Assembly: GCA_963793425.1 (NCBI GenBank)
Contig: CAWCAG010000007.1
Coordinates: 544,001 to 608,000, forward strand
DNA from: an uncultured cyanobacterium
Lineage (GTDB): Bacteria; Cyanobacteriota; Cyanobacteriia; Cyanobacteriales; CAWCAG01
Direction: 5' to 3'
Length of the DNA stretch: 64,000 nt
Shown here: one piece after another, positions 52,412-62,415 of the stretch
Layout of the letters: the number at the start of each line of letters is the position of its first letter
How positions within the stretch are numbered: the stretch's first letter is position 1
Program-made: the position numbers and the translations under genes
The notes under the pieces: model-generated
Told to the model about the DNA's origin: nothing
The model's database searches: none
What the model saw: only the letters and a program-made list of their open reading frames with translations

Positions 52412-55246
52412 CTATTCTTCAGTTTCAGATTCTAATTCGACAGCACTAAGTTGACCAAAAGGGAGAAAAGCAGCCCAGTAATAGGGGTGTTTTTCTAACA
52501 AAGATAATTGTACTTTTCGTAATGCTTCACTACGCCCTTGACCTTTTCCTAAACCTTGATAGTATTTCTGTAGTAAATCTTGTTTCTCCGCCCCATCTCC
52601 TAGCCAAAGACTGAGGAGTTGAGTTTCACTTCCTGCTAAAACCAGAGAACGGAGTAATGCTGAGACAGCTTTACCATTAGCTAAGTCTTCTTCTCCGGTT
52701 TGAGTTTGAGAAAGTACAACTAATTGTGTTCCTTTCAAGTTTAGTTGGGCAATTTCTGTGGCAGTGAGAATGGCTTCTGGTTGATTATTAGCTGCTGCTA
52801 AAGCAATGCCAGCTTGGAGAAGAGGATTTCGTGGGGCATTGCTAGCTATAGCTGTTTCGTTAATGAAGAAGCCGTGAGTAGCGAGATGAAGAATGCTAGG
52901 GCTTTGCATCGCTTGAAGATTTTCTTGATTGGCATCAGCCCCCATTAGTTGTTTTGCCTTTGGTAATAGAGGTGCGATCGCCTTAATTTCTTGGTTGGTT
53001 TTTGGTAGGCTGGGGAAGAGAATTGGGGGATTTTCTCCATAGGTGGGAAGAGATTTTCCGGTTTCCTGTTTTGTTTTTTTGACTAAAAATGCCTCTGGTT
53101 TCCTTGGTTGTTGAAAAGCCGGATTCCCTACTAAAATTGCTTCATTTTTACTGGGGTTAGAGTTCGCCCAACTTAAAATATCTCGTCCAGAAGTAAGGTA
53201 AGTGAATTCATAATCTTTCACTAAATAATTGTTTTTTTCATCTACTAAAGCAGCGAAGGGAACTAAGTTTATTTGTCCATCAGGAGACAGGAATACTTTA
53301 CGAGTACTACCTAATAAAGGGCGAATCGGCTGCATTAACTTTTGCTCTAATTTACGGGAGATACTTTTAACTTGAGTAAGGGAAAGTTCAGGATTTTGCA
53401 GAGCTTCTCGAAATTCAACAATGAGGTTATCAATAGTAGCCGCATCCCCTAAGCCAACCCATTTTGGTTCCCCATTTTTAGGCAAAATGTAGGCAATATA
53501 ACGAGGGGCTTTAAATCTTTTCCCCAAGTTTTGAACACGAGGGTTATCAGGTTGATAAGCAATTATTTCCACTAAAGCGGTTTTTTCTGGGAGTGCTTTT
53601 TGCAGCCCATCTATAGTTACACTTTGTCCTTGATTATTAAACTGGGCTTCTAGGTTTTGAATCTGTTGCCGCAAATTGCTTATTTGTTGTTGGTATTGTT
53701 GAGGAGTGAGGTTATCGGAGTTTTGAAACAGAAGCCCAGCTAGTTGAGAACGAAGATTACTAAGTTTTTGGAAGCTGGTTTGATTAGTATTTGCGGCGGA
53801 AGAGTTTGCCGCTAAAGTATCAATCAATCTGCCTTTACGACGGAGTACTGTAGTGAGAGCTAAACGAGTGGCTTGAGGATTTTTTGGTGCTTCTTGAACA
53901 TGGAGAGAAACTGTTGCATTGGTTTGATCTGTTAATGCTTCTTGGTAAGCTTGTTTTCCTTCTTGAGAATTAGTGGCGAAAATAAGAGAAAGATTATCTT
54001 CTGTTACTTGGTTACTCAAACTCTGAAATTCTAAGGCGCGAGGAATTTCATCTTGGGCGCGATATAAACGGGCTAAATTATTAACACTATTGGTAACTAA
54101 AGGATGGTTTTTACCTAATACCTTTTGCCAAATTGCTAAGGATTGTTCATAAAGTGGTCTGGCTTTGTCCTCTTTACCTTGCAAGTCATATAATTGGGCA
54201 AGATTATTTAAGCTTGTGGCTAAGTCGGGATGATTTTTTCCTAACACTTTCTCCCGAATGGAAATAGTATTGAGATAAAGATTTTCTGCTTGTTTATATT
54301 TCTGTTGAGCTTTAGATAAATCTGCTAAGTTATGGAGAAGAGTAGCAGTAATAGTATTCTGACGGGCATTTCTACCATCTTGAATAGCAATGCCACGGTT
54401 ATAAAGGGGTTCTGCTTGACTATAATTACCCTTTTCAAAGTATAATCGGGCGAGATTGTTGAGATCCAAAGCAACTTGAGGATGATTTTTTCCTAAGCGT
54501 TTTTCATCACTACTCAAGACAAATTTATAAAGAGGCTCTGCTTGATCGTATTGCTTTTTGTCTTGATACAAACTGGCTAAATTACTAACTGTAGTTGCAA
54601 CATCAGGATGCTGTTCTCCTAATTCGTTTTCTCTAATTTCAAAACTACGGGTATAAAGCTTTTCTGCTTCGTTATACTTTCCTTGATCATGGTATAAAGC
54701 AGCAAGATTGTTGAGGGTTAAAGCCACAACAAGATCGTTTTCGCCATAAGTTTGTTCTTCTATGCTCAATGCACGTTGATAAAGAGGTTCAGCTTCTTTA
54801 TAGTTACCTCCATCGTGATAAGTAGCTGCCAGGTTATTAAGGGTTAAAGCTACTTGTGGATCGTTTTTAGTAAAGACTTTTTCTTGAATAGCCAGTGCCT
54901 GTTTTAATGGTGCTTCAGCTTCTTTATACTTACCTAAAGCCCGAAATAAAACCCCTAAGTTGCTTAAAGTCTTCGCCACTTCAGGATTTCCTTTTCCTAA
55001 CAAGTTAGCTTTGATTTCTAAAGCTTTCCTCGCCGGAGAAATACCGGCTGTATATTTTCCTTCTTGATACAGTTTTTCTACTTCAGCATCAAATTTCTCA
55101 GCTTCTTTTAATAGTGCCAACTCTTCCGGGGTAATAATTTGAGGCGGGCGAGGAGGAGGAGGATTTTGCCCGACTGCGGGAACTTCCGTTACTATAGCTA
55201 GGGCGATTATTGTTAAGCCAAAAATTAATTGATTACTGGTTTTCAT
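52412..55246 (-). CDS. Exported TPR-repeat plus CHAT-domain protein
   Basis: Many LNNLA.LY...G.Y..AEPLY TPRs; PDG..NL.PF, HLATHG and HPYYWAAF motifs. Confidence 0.92.
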   Translation of the reverse strand: MKTSNQLIFGLTIIALAIVTEVPAVGQNPPPPRPPQIITPEELALLKEAEKFDAEVEKLYQEGKYTAGISPARKALEIKANLLGKGNPEVAKTLSNLGVLFRALGKYKEAEAPLKQALAIQEKVFTKNDPQVALTLNNLAATYHDGGNYKEAEPLYQRALSIEEQTYGENDLVVALTLNNLAALYHDQGKYNEAEKLYTRSFEIRENELGEQHPDVATTVSNLASLYQDKKQYDQAEPLYKFVLSSDEKRLGKNHPQVALDLNNLARLYFEKGNYSQAEPLYNRGIAIQDGRNARQNTITATLLHNLADLSKAQQKYKQAENLYLNTISIREKVLGKNHPDLATSLNNLAQLYDLQGKEDKARPLYEQSLAIWQKVLGKNHPLVTNSVNNLARLYRAQDEIPRALEFQSLSNQVTEDNLSLIFATNSQEGKQAYQEALTDQTNATVSLHVQEAPKNPQATRLALTTVLRRKGRLIDTLAANSSAANTNQTSFQKLSNLRSQLAGLLFQNSDNLTPQQYQQQISNLRQQIQNLEAQFNNQGQSVTIDGLQKALPEKTALVEIIAYQPDNPRVQNLGKRFKAPRYIAYILPKNGEPKWVGLGDAATIDNLIVEFREALQNPELSLTQVKSISRKLEQKLMQPIRPLLGSTRKVFLSPDGQINLVPFAALVDEKNNYLVKDYEFTYLTSGRDILSWANSNPSKNEAILVGNPAFQQPRKPEAFLVKKTKQETGKSLPTYGENPPILFPSLPKTNQEIKAIAPLLPKAKQLMGADANQENLQAMQSPSILHLATHGFFINETAIASNAPRNPLLQAGIALAAANNQPEAILTATEIAQLNLKGTQLVVLSQTQTGEEDLANGKAVSALLRSLVLAGSETQLLSLWLGDGAEKQDLLQKYYQGLGKGQGRSEALRKVQLSLLEKHPYYWAAFLPFGQLSAVELESETEE

Positions 55247-55290
55247 AAATTGATTGCTATTTTTTAAAAACTAATCTGCCACAAAGCATT

Positions 55291-55968
55291 ATGGAAGAAA
55301 TTGAGACGATACCAGAATTTAAAGAAGTTTGGCAAGAAACCTTAAAATGGCAGCCAAGTAACGCGCTTCAAGAGAAATTTCAACAGTTATACGAACAAGT
55401 TATTATCGGCAACCGCCAGTTAAATTTAACTCGTATCACCGCCCCCGAAGAGTTTTGGGAAAAGCATCTCTGGGACTCTTTAAAGGGAGTTGCCCCCTGG
55501 TTAACTCAATCAGAGTCGGGGCTTAAAGTTATGGATATTGGTACAGGGGCTGGCTTTCCTGGCTTACCTGTTGCCCTAACTTTTCCTCATTGGCAAGTTA
55601 CTTTACTCGATTCTACCCGCAAAAAGATCACTTTTTTAGATGGTTTGTTGCCGAAGTTAGAGATTTTCAATGCCACAACTTTGGTAGGGAGGGCCGAATC
55701 TGTAGGCAAGAAGTTTCGCCACCATGCTGCCTATGATTTAACTTTGGTTAGGGCAGTGGGTAAACCTATTGTTTGCGCCCAGTACGCTTTACCTTTACTT
55801 AAACCAGGAGCTATAGCTGTATTGTATCGCGGTCAGTGGACAGAAGAAGATGATCAAGAGTTACGTTTAGGGTTACGAGGGCTGGGGGGAAAAGTTAAGA
55901 ATGTGGAGAAGTTTTTTACTCCTTTAACAGGAAGTGTTCGTCATTGTCTTTATATTAATAAGTTGTAG
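55291..55968 (+). CDS. rsmG: 16S rRNA m7G527 methyltransferase
   Basis: NLTRI, KHLWDSL, DIGTGAGFPG and GRAE motifs. Confidence 0.95.
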   Translation: MEEIETIPEFKEVWQETLKWQPSNALQEKFQQLYEQVIIGNRQLNLTRITAPEEFWEKHLWDSLKGVAPWLTQSESGLKVMDIGTGAGFPGLPVALTFPHWQVTLLDSTRKKITFLDGLLPKLEIFNATTLVGRAESVGKKFRHHAAYDLTLVRAVGKPIVCAQYALPLLKPGAIAVLYRGQWTEEDDQELRLGLRGLGGKVKNVEKFFTPLTGSVRHCLYINKL

Positions 55969-56006
55969 AATAGTTATTGTCCATACTACTTACAGAGCAT
56001 TTATTA

Positions 56007-56735
56007 ATGAAAAACCCGATTATAGAAGGTTTATTAAATGAGTTTAAAGAAGAATATCCTTTACCAACAAATGTATCTGAATCAGATGCCTTTGAGCATT
56101 TTATAAATTATTATATTATCGCTAAAGATTATGACGAATCTAATCCTGATATAGAAGATATTTGTACTGGCGGTGCTGGAGATAAAGGTATAGATGGTGT
56201 TGGTCTTGTTGTCAATGGAAACTTAATTAATTCCCAAGATGATGTAGAAAATTTTGGCAATTTGAATGGCTATCTTAAAGTTGATTTTATTATTATTCAA
56301 TCAAAATATCGTTCTAACTTTGATTCAAAAGAGATTTTAGCTTTCGCAAGAGGTATTAAGTTTCTATTTGCGTTTGACAAGAACTTTAATGCAAACTCAC
56401 ATCTAAATCATAAAAAAGAATTAATAGAGTTCATTTATGAGCAAAACTTATTTAAGGATAAAAATCCGAGGTGCAAAATTTACTATGTCACCACAGGTAA
56501 GTGGAAAAATGACCAAGAGATTACAGAACTAATAGACTCTATCAAAAAAGAACTAGAAGATAAATCTATTTTTGATGAGGTTTTATTTGCTCCTATTGAT
56601 GCTGCGGGTATCCAAAATATATATCGCTCTGTTAATAATCAAATGTCAAGAACTGCAATCTATCAAAAATTTAATACCGAACTAAATACTCACTCCCTAT
56701 GGACTCTATGTTTTGCGGAAATGGTCAGCAAATAG
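56007..56735 (+). pseudogene. AIPR-family (abortive infection / RM-associated) protein, N-terminal domain only
   Basis: AFEHF.NY, D.GIDG, IIQSK and YYVTTG motifs; ORF ends before a C-terminal AIPR domain. Confidence 0.6.
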
Positions 56736-56826
56736 CTAGCTTGTCTTGCAAGTCTTCTCTGGTTCGGATTGCTGTTAATTAGTTGATATTCATTTCTTCT
56801 ATCAATTCAAATTCAACTATTACTTA

Positions 56827-57306
56827 TTACCATTTGTACTGATTATATAAATAAATAGTATGCCGCACCACTTCATTTCTCCCCTTATAAACCCAAGATT
56901 TAATCATCGTTTGACCTTCGGTATCACACTCGTAGCGATCGCCTAAAAAATCAGCTTCGTAGCCACTTCTTACACCGTCATTTTCAATAACCACTGCATA
57001 AATACTATCTAAATGAGTATATACTGTTAAAGTTTCAGAACAGCGAATTACCACACCATAAGTACTTTCTTCAAAAGTAATCGGTTCAGCATTTTTATCC
57101 CACCAACAACTATATTTTCTACCGTCACTGGTTTCTAAAACCGACTTTTGTTGAAAGCTTTGATAATCTATTCTCGCAGAATTGGTTTCAGGACAAGCAA
57201 CAGCTAATGTACTAGAAAAAACAGCTAAGGTACTAACTACCACACTTAATAAATATGAGTAACGTTGAGGACTATTTTGCCAGAGATTAAATTTATACCG
57301 AAACAT
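56827..57306 (-). CDS. Hypothetical exported Cys-containing protein
   Basis: Signal peptide ending TLA-VAC; four Cys. Confidence 0.65.
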   Translation of the reverse strand: MFRYKFNLWQNSPQRYSYLLSVVVSTLAVFSSTLAVACPETNSARIDYQSFQQKSVLETSDGRKYSCWWDKNAEPITFEESTYGVVIRCSETLTVYTHLDSIYAVVIENDGVRSGYEADFLGDRYECDTEGQTMIKSWVYKGRNEVVRHTIYLYNQYKW

Positions 57307-57578
57307 GATAACTATGGTAGTTTGTTTGTAGAAAAAAAAGTTTTTCTCTATGTTCCATTTTAGCTTAGAGAAAAAAAGCCATCATAGCAATTAGAAAAGA
57401 CAATCTAAACGACTACTTTATAACTATGAGCAATGTCTAGGCTGGGCTTTGCCTACTCTCTATTATCAATACATAGATGTACTGCTTGCTGTTGCTAGAT
57501 GTTAAAATTATTAATAATGAGTGTCAGTGGCTATGGCATAATTAATGAAAGCATAGACTACAAACAATCAATAGGGTT

Positions 57579-57803
57579 ATGGCACGCATTACTATTCAAG
57601 TTGATGAAGATATTAAGACGGCATTTGAAAAAGCTAGTCCTAAGATGCAGCAACAGTTAAGCTCTATTGTTCAACTGTTTTTTAGAGAAAATTTACATAA
57701 TCAAAGCTTAACAGAGGTAATGGCAAAAATTTCTGACCAAGCACAGCAGCGAGGCTTGACACCAGAAATTTTACAGGATATTTTGGCTGGCAATGACAAA
57801 TAA
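57579..57803 (+). CDS. Putative type II antitoxin
   Basis: 74 aa, RITIQVDE N-terminus, GLTPEIL C-terminus; overlaps the PIN gene. Confidence 0.75.
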   Translation: MARITIQVDEDIKTAFEKASPKMQQQLSSIVQLFFRENLHNQSLTEVMAKISDQAQQRGLTPEILQDILAGNDK

Positions 57804-58203
57804 GTTCGTAATAGATACTAACGTTTTAATCAGTGCTTTACTCTTCAAATCTTCAATCCCTTTCCAAGCAATTAAATTAGCAGAAAAACGAGGGATTATT
57901 TTATACTCTGAAGCGACTTTAAATGAATTAGAGCAAGTTTTGAACCGTAAAAAATTCAACAAGTATATTTCTTTAGAAGAGCGACAAGTATTTTTGCTTA
58001 AATTTGTTAGTTCATGCCAGTTGATATCTATTACAAAAAATATCTCGATCTCTAGAGATGAGAAAGATAACAAGTTTTTAGAGTTGGCTATTAGCGGTAA
58101 TGCCGATGTAATCGTTACAGGGGATTTAGATTTATTAGAACTCAACCCTTTTCAAGAAGTAGAAATTATTACTCCAGATACCGTTATAAGCGATAGGCAA
58201 TAG
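57793..58203 (+). CDS. PIN-domain toxin (PIN_3 type)
   Basis: VIDTNVLISA, RD.KDNKFLELA and IVTGD.DLL motifs. Confidence 0.9.
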   Translation: MTNKFVIDTNVLISALLFKSSIPFQAIKLAEKRGIILYSEATLNELEQVLNRKKFNKYISLEERQVFLLKFVSSCQLISITKNISISRDEKDNKFLELAISGNADVIVTGDLDLLELNPFQEVEIITPDTVISDRQ

Positions 58204-58232
58204 AGAAAGATTAATTAGTTGACTAATACTTC

Positions 58233-58883
58233 ATGACTTTAATCAAAGAAATTATGGTTAAAACTATCCCGGCCCAAAAAGTGACTTTATTAGATTTAGA
58301 GTCTCAATTCAATTTAGAGCGTACTTCTGAATCACAATTTTTCTTAGAATGGCAAGAAGATTTACCCGAATTAAACGAATTGGACAAGCAAGTTTTGGAT
58401 GAAGTGAGAGCAGATTACCTACATTTGTCTAAACTTCCCATCTTGGAACCTATCGTCAAAATGGTTATTTTAGGGCCTCTTTTTAGAAGGGCTAGCTTTT
58501 ACCGTTCTCCTTTTTATATTACAGCCGAAAAAGAAGTAGAAATAACTTCTGAAGATGAAGGAACAATCATTAGAGGAAGACTTGATTTACTAGTCTTTAC
58601 TCCTGAGTTTTGGGTGACAGTTATTGAATCAAAACGCACTCAGTTTTCCTTAGAAGCAGGCATTCCCCAAGCCTTAGCTTATATGTTAGGAAGTCCCCAC
58701 AAAAATAAACCTGCATTGGGATTTGTTAGCAATGGCCCTGATTTTGTTTTTCTCAAATTAGTGCAAGAGACTAATCCCCAATACGGGCGATCGCAACATT
58801 TCCATATAGACACCGAAGGCGACTTATATACAGTATTAAGCATCCTCAAAAAGCTAGCCAAAATAGTAAGCCAAAAACCTTAA
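58233..58883 (+). CDS. Stand-alone type I restriction enzyme R N-terminal-like (PD-(D/E)xK) protein
   Basis: GRLD....VIESK, PQALAYM and SNG..F.F motifs. Confidence 0.78.
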   Translation: MTLIKEIMVKTIPAQKVTLLDLESQFNLERTSESQFFLEWQEDLPELNELDKQVLDEVRADYLHLSKLPILEPIVKMVILGPLFRRASFYRSPFYITAEKEVEITSEDEGTIIRGRLDLLVFTPEFWVTVIESKRTQFSLEAGIPQALAYMLGSPHKNKPALGFVSNGPDFVFLKLVQETNPQYGRSQHFHIDTEGDLYTVLSILKKLAKIVSQKP

Positions 58884-58915
58884 TCATTAAAGCCTCCTAC
58901 TTATTACTTATTACT

Positions 58916-59039
58916 TATAGCAATTCTAATTCACATGAGGTACAAAGAGCCTTTTCTAATGCTCCCTACTCCCTACTCCCTACTCCCTATTCCCTCAAAC
59001 CAAGGCCTTTTGTACCTCACTAGCTTGGGAAAGGCTATA
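58916..59039. repeat. TATAGC...GCTATA-bounded palindromic element with a CTCCCTA heptamer (STRR-like) core
   Basis: TGAGGTACAAA / TTTGTACCTCA arms around about four CTCCCTA units. Confidence 0.7.
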
Positions 59040-62000
59040 TTACTTATTACTCATTACCTCTCCCGACGCAGCTAAAGACTTAACAGGAAAGTATTTATCA
59101 GTTTCTCGTAAACGCTGGGAGAAGAAGCGACAGATTTCTAAAACAATGTGGGGACGTTGAGTGATTAAGCTAATGAAACTGCTTTTTTCTAACTTGAATA
59201 AAGTACAATCTTCCACTGCGATCGCACCATTCCACCGGGGGGAATTGTCAAATAAAGCTACTTCGCCAAAATGCTGTCCGGGAGTTAAAAAAGTAAGATC
59301 CCTTGCTTCTTCTTCTACTTGTTTGACAATGCGTACTTTCCCTTCTGCAATAATATAAAAATGTTCTCCCCAACTGCCTTCTGTGAAGATAGTTTCTCCG
59401 GCTAAAAATTGTTCTTGTTCTAAGGCGCGGTCGATTAATAATAGCTCATCTAAAGAGAGGTTTTTAAAAAGTGCAACCTTTTTTAGTAAAAGTAAGCGTT
59501 TCATAAAAAAGTTAAGGGAAGCTGGTTGTTCATCTAAAGGACGAAAAATTTCTCTGGCAACTGCCTTAACTAAAGGATCTGGATCTTTGCTTAAGGCAGA
59601 AGAAAGCCCAGCTAAGGCAATTAAAGCCCCGATTCTAATCCAGCGATCTTTAGCTTCGAGGGCTTCTAAGAGTAGCTTATAACCTTTTGTCCGCATCCAG
59701 AAAGAGTTGGCTGAGATGGGTGTTCCCGGAGGTTTTTCGTTGGCTAAACGTTCTAAGATAGGCATTAAAGGAAGGACAAAACGCCGATCTCTTAGGGATG
59801 CTAAGGTTTCTATGGCGTTGGCTAATTCCCTTTTGTCAGTGCTGTAAAGTAGGCGTTTGACGGTATTGACGGTGCGGGCGTGTCCTAAACAGGAAAGCAC
59901 ATAGAGTACTCTTTGGATTAAGCGTTGATGATAGTCGGCGATGGCAATGGCTAAGGGTTGCCAGCTTGGGGTTTTGAGGGGAATTTTTTGCTGCCACTGC
60001 CGAGTACGAGTGACTTCTTGAAAATCGGGGCTGAGATAGTCGTAGAGGATGTCGCTAGCCTTTCTGATGCGAATTTGGCCTATGGCGGCGATCGCCGCTT
60101 CTACGAGGTTTTGGTTAGCACTGAGGAGACTTTCTTTCGCTAAGGATAAACCCTGTTCACCGTATGCTGCCAATGCCATAGCCGCTTTTTGTCGCACTTG
60201 AGAGTCATGATCTTCTAAGCCATTAACCACATAGTTCAACATTTCTTCACTACGGGCTATCCTTAAGACTTCAAAAGCGGCGGCTCTAACAGTAGGGTCG
60301 GGATGATTTAATTGTATTACTGCTATTTGTGCCAATTCTTCATCTTGAGGACGGGCGATGTTGGCTATGGCTTCTAATCCTCTCCTAATCACCTCTCCAC
60401 TGCCCCGCAGAAGGATTTCTTTAAGGGGAGGAATTAATTCTCTGCCACCCCCAAAAGCGACTACCCTAACGATGGCTTTTCCTGTGGTTTTATCTAATTC
60501 AGATTGCCATAATTTGGCACAAGTTTGTTTGATTTCTGGGTTGGTAATCGCCTCGGTTTGGGTGGCAGCGACGGAGGCTAAGGCGCGAATTTCTTGACTG
60601 TTATCCTTTAAGCAATTACGTATTTGTTCTTCATTGAGGTGATGTTGACTGGCGATGAGGACTTCTAAACCTAATGCTTTTAAGGAATGATTTTCCTCTT
60701 TTAATAGTTCTTGGCAACGATCAATTGTTTCTGTATCAGGATTGCTACTTAATAATTTAACACTAGCATCTCGCACATCGGGATGGGCATGAGGAAATAA
60801 TTCTTCTACATCTTCTAGAAATTGGCTAGATTGTCCTAAACCAACAGCTAATTCCAATCCTTTAATTTTTGTATAACGTTCTTCGCTAGTAATTAATTCT
60901 TTAATTACTGAACTTGATTGAGGAGGAAGTTGAGTCAAACCTTCACTAATATCATCTAGGTTAACAGAACCAGAACGAAGCATTCCTTCTAATGATTCAA
61001 AGTATTTCTGCCCCATGGGATAACGGAGAAGAAAAAAGACAAAGCTGAGGGCAATACCAAGCCAAGTAATTTGTACTAAGGTTAAGAAAGAATGGGCAGC
61101 CCAGAGTAATAATCCTGCCGAAATTTGTCCAAAAGCGTAAAGAAAACCATCACTAAAAGCCCTAACTCTACCGATGATTTGATAGGGGACAGCGTTGTAG
61201 TTGAGGTTATGAACAGGTAAGTTAATACTTTTGTTTAAAGATTCGCTGTTAACACTTGTGGCGATCGCCGCAGGAAGAGAAAAGTTTACGCCTAAAAAAA
61301 TGAAGCTAATTAAGGTCGTGACAGGATAAACTAAACTCATAGTTCCTACCCCCAAACGTTGTAACAATGGTTGAGTGAAACCGTAGAGGACAAAGAGTTG
61401 CACAACGCTATAAACTACTCTCAACAAACCCAAAAAACGAGTCAATTCTTGGTCATCGGTGAAGGTTTGAGAATAGACACTAAAACATTCGTATTCGGCA
61501 ATAACAATTAAAATTACCACTAAAAAACTACTAGCAGCTAAAAAGAAGATGATTTGGTAGTTTTTAACTTGTTCAGGGAAGCTTTTTAAAGCCTGCCAAA
61601 TCTCGACAGATTCTTCTTTTAGATTACCTTCTAAACGTCTTTCTGACCTTTCCAAAAGGAATAATTGGAGGATAACTAAGCCATACATTAAAGGTAAAAT
61701 AAGCAGAATATTTCTGGTGGGAAGATAGGCAGAAATAACGCTAACCAATCCTCCTCCCAGGAGAATACCTATGGCTTGGGCCATACCAATTAAGGAAGTA
61801 TGGCGTTTATATTCTAAAGAAGTAAGATAATCGTTAAGTAAGCTAGGCCAAAGAATATTTACTTGAGAATCCCAAGAAAAGCCAGCAAAGATGAACAAGA
61901 GATAATAAATTACTAAGCTACCTGAATTAATCCCCAGGCGCATTAGTAAGATGATCACAATCCCTATCAATAAAACATAGCGAAAAAGTTGAGGACGGCT

Positions 62001-62237
62001 ATAACGATCTACCAAAGGAGAAAATAAAGCATAGGCCGGGACTGAAACCAAACCAACTAAGATAAAAAATAAAGGTAATTTTTCTGAGCCAACTTTGTTT
62101 AAAAATAAAGAACTGGCCAAAGTAACTACTTGAATATTGAGAGCTAAAATTGACACTGCCAAAATGAGCAAACGAGTAAGTCGGCGCATTTTCCAAGCAG
62201 AAAAGCTAAAACGCTGTTCAAGGGACTGATTTAACAT
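59040..62237 (-). CDS. MFS/NTT-like transporter fused to HEAT repeats and a cNMP-binding domain
   Basis: About 12 TM segments, HEAT-like repeats (DPTVRAAA, DSQVRQKAA), C-terminal FGEVALF..SPR cNMP motif. Confidence 0.85.
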   Translation of the reverse strand: MLNQSLEQRFSFSAWKMRRLTRLLILAVSILALNIQVVTLASSLFLNKVGSEKLPLFFILVGLVSVPAYALFSPLVDRYSRPQLFRYVLLIGIVIILLMRLGINSGSLVIYYLLFIFAGFSWDSQVNILWPSLLNDYLTSLEYKRHTSLIGMAQAIGILLGGGLVSVISAYLPTRNILLILPLMYGLVILQLFLLERSERRLEGNLKEESVEIWQALKSFPEQVKNYQIIFFLAASSFLVVILIVIAEYECFSVYSQTFTDDQELTRFLGLLRVVYSVVQLFVLYGFTQPLLQRLGVGTMSLVYPVTTLISFIFLGVNFSLPAAIATSVNSESLNKSINLPVHNLNYNAVPYQIIGRVRAFSDGFLYAFGQISAGLLLWAAHSFLTLVQITWLGIALSFVFFLLRYPMGQKYFESLEGMLRSGSVNLDDISEGLTQLPPQSSSVIKELITSEERYTKIKGLELAVGLGQSSQFLEDVEELFPHAHPDVRDASVKLLSSNPDTETIDRCQELLKEENHSLKALGLEVLIASQHHLNEEQIRNCLKDNSQEIRALASVAATQTEAITNPEIKQTCAKLWQSELDKTTGKAIVRVVAFGGGRELIPPLKEILLRGSGEVIRRGLEAIANIARPQDEELAQIAVIQLNHPDPTVRAAAFEVLRIARSEEMLNYVVNGLEDHDSQVRQKAAMALAAYGEQGLSLAKESLLSANQNLVEAAIAAIGQIRIRKASDILYDYLSPDFQEVTRTRQWQQKIPLKTPSWQPLAIAIADYHQRLIQRVLYVLSCLGHARTVNTVKRLLYSTDKRELANAIETLASLRDRRFVLPLMPILERLANEKPPGTPISANSFWMRTKGYKLLLEALEAKDRWIRIGALIALAGLSSALSKDPDPLVKAVAREIFRPLDEQPASLNFFMKRLLLLKKVALFKNLSLDELLLIDRALEQEQFLAGETIFTEGSWGEHFYIIAEGKVRIVKQVEEEARDLTFLTPGQHFGEVALFDNSPRWNGAIAVEDCTLFKLEKSSFISLITQRPHIVLEICRFFSQRLRETDKYFPVKSLAASGEVMSNK

Positions 62238-62415
62238 ATTGGCTAACGGCTAATTGTTAATGGCTAATTGCTAATCAAGCTTTTTGAAGCCAACATTTTT
62301 ACTAACTTTAGCATTAGTGAAGTAATATTCAATACCTCACGCTTACTAAGAATTTGAAAGTTTATCTCATAATTGGACTCAAAACCCGCCCCTGCTGATG
62401 CTGTTTCTTGGTTAA

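Noticed and set aside
57771..58145. 124-aa minus-strand ORF
   Set aside because: Antisense shadow of the PIN toxin gene
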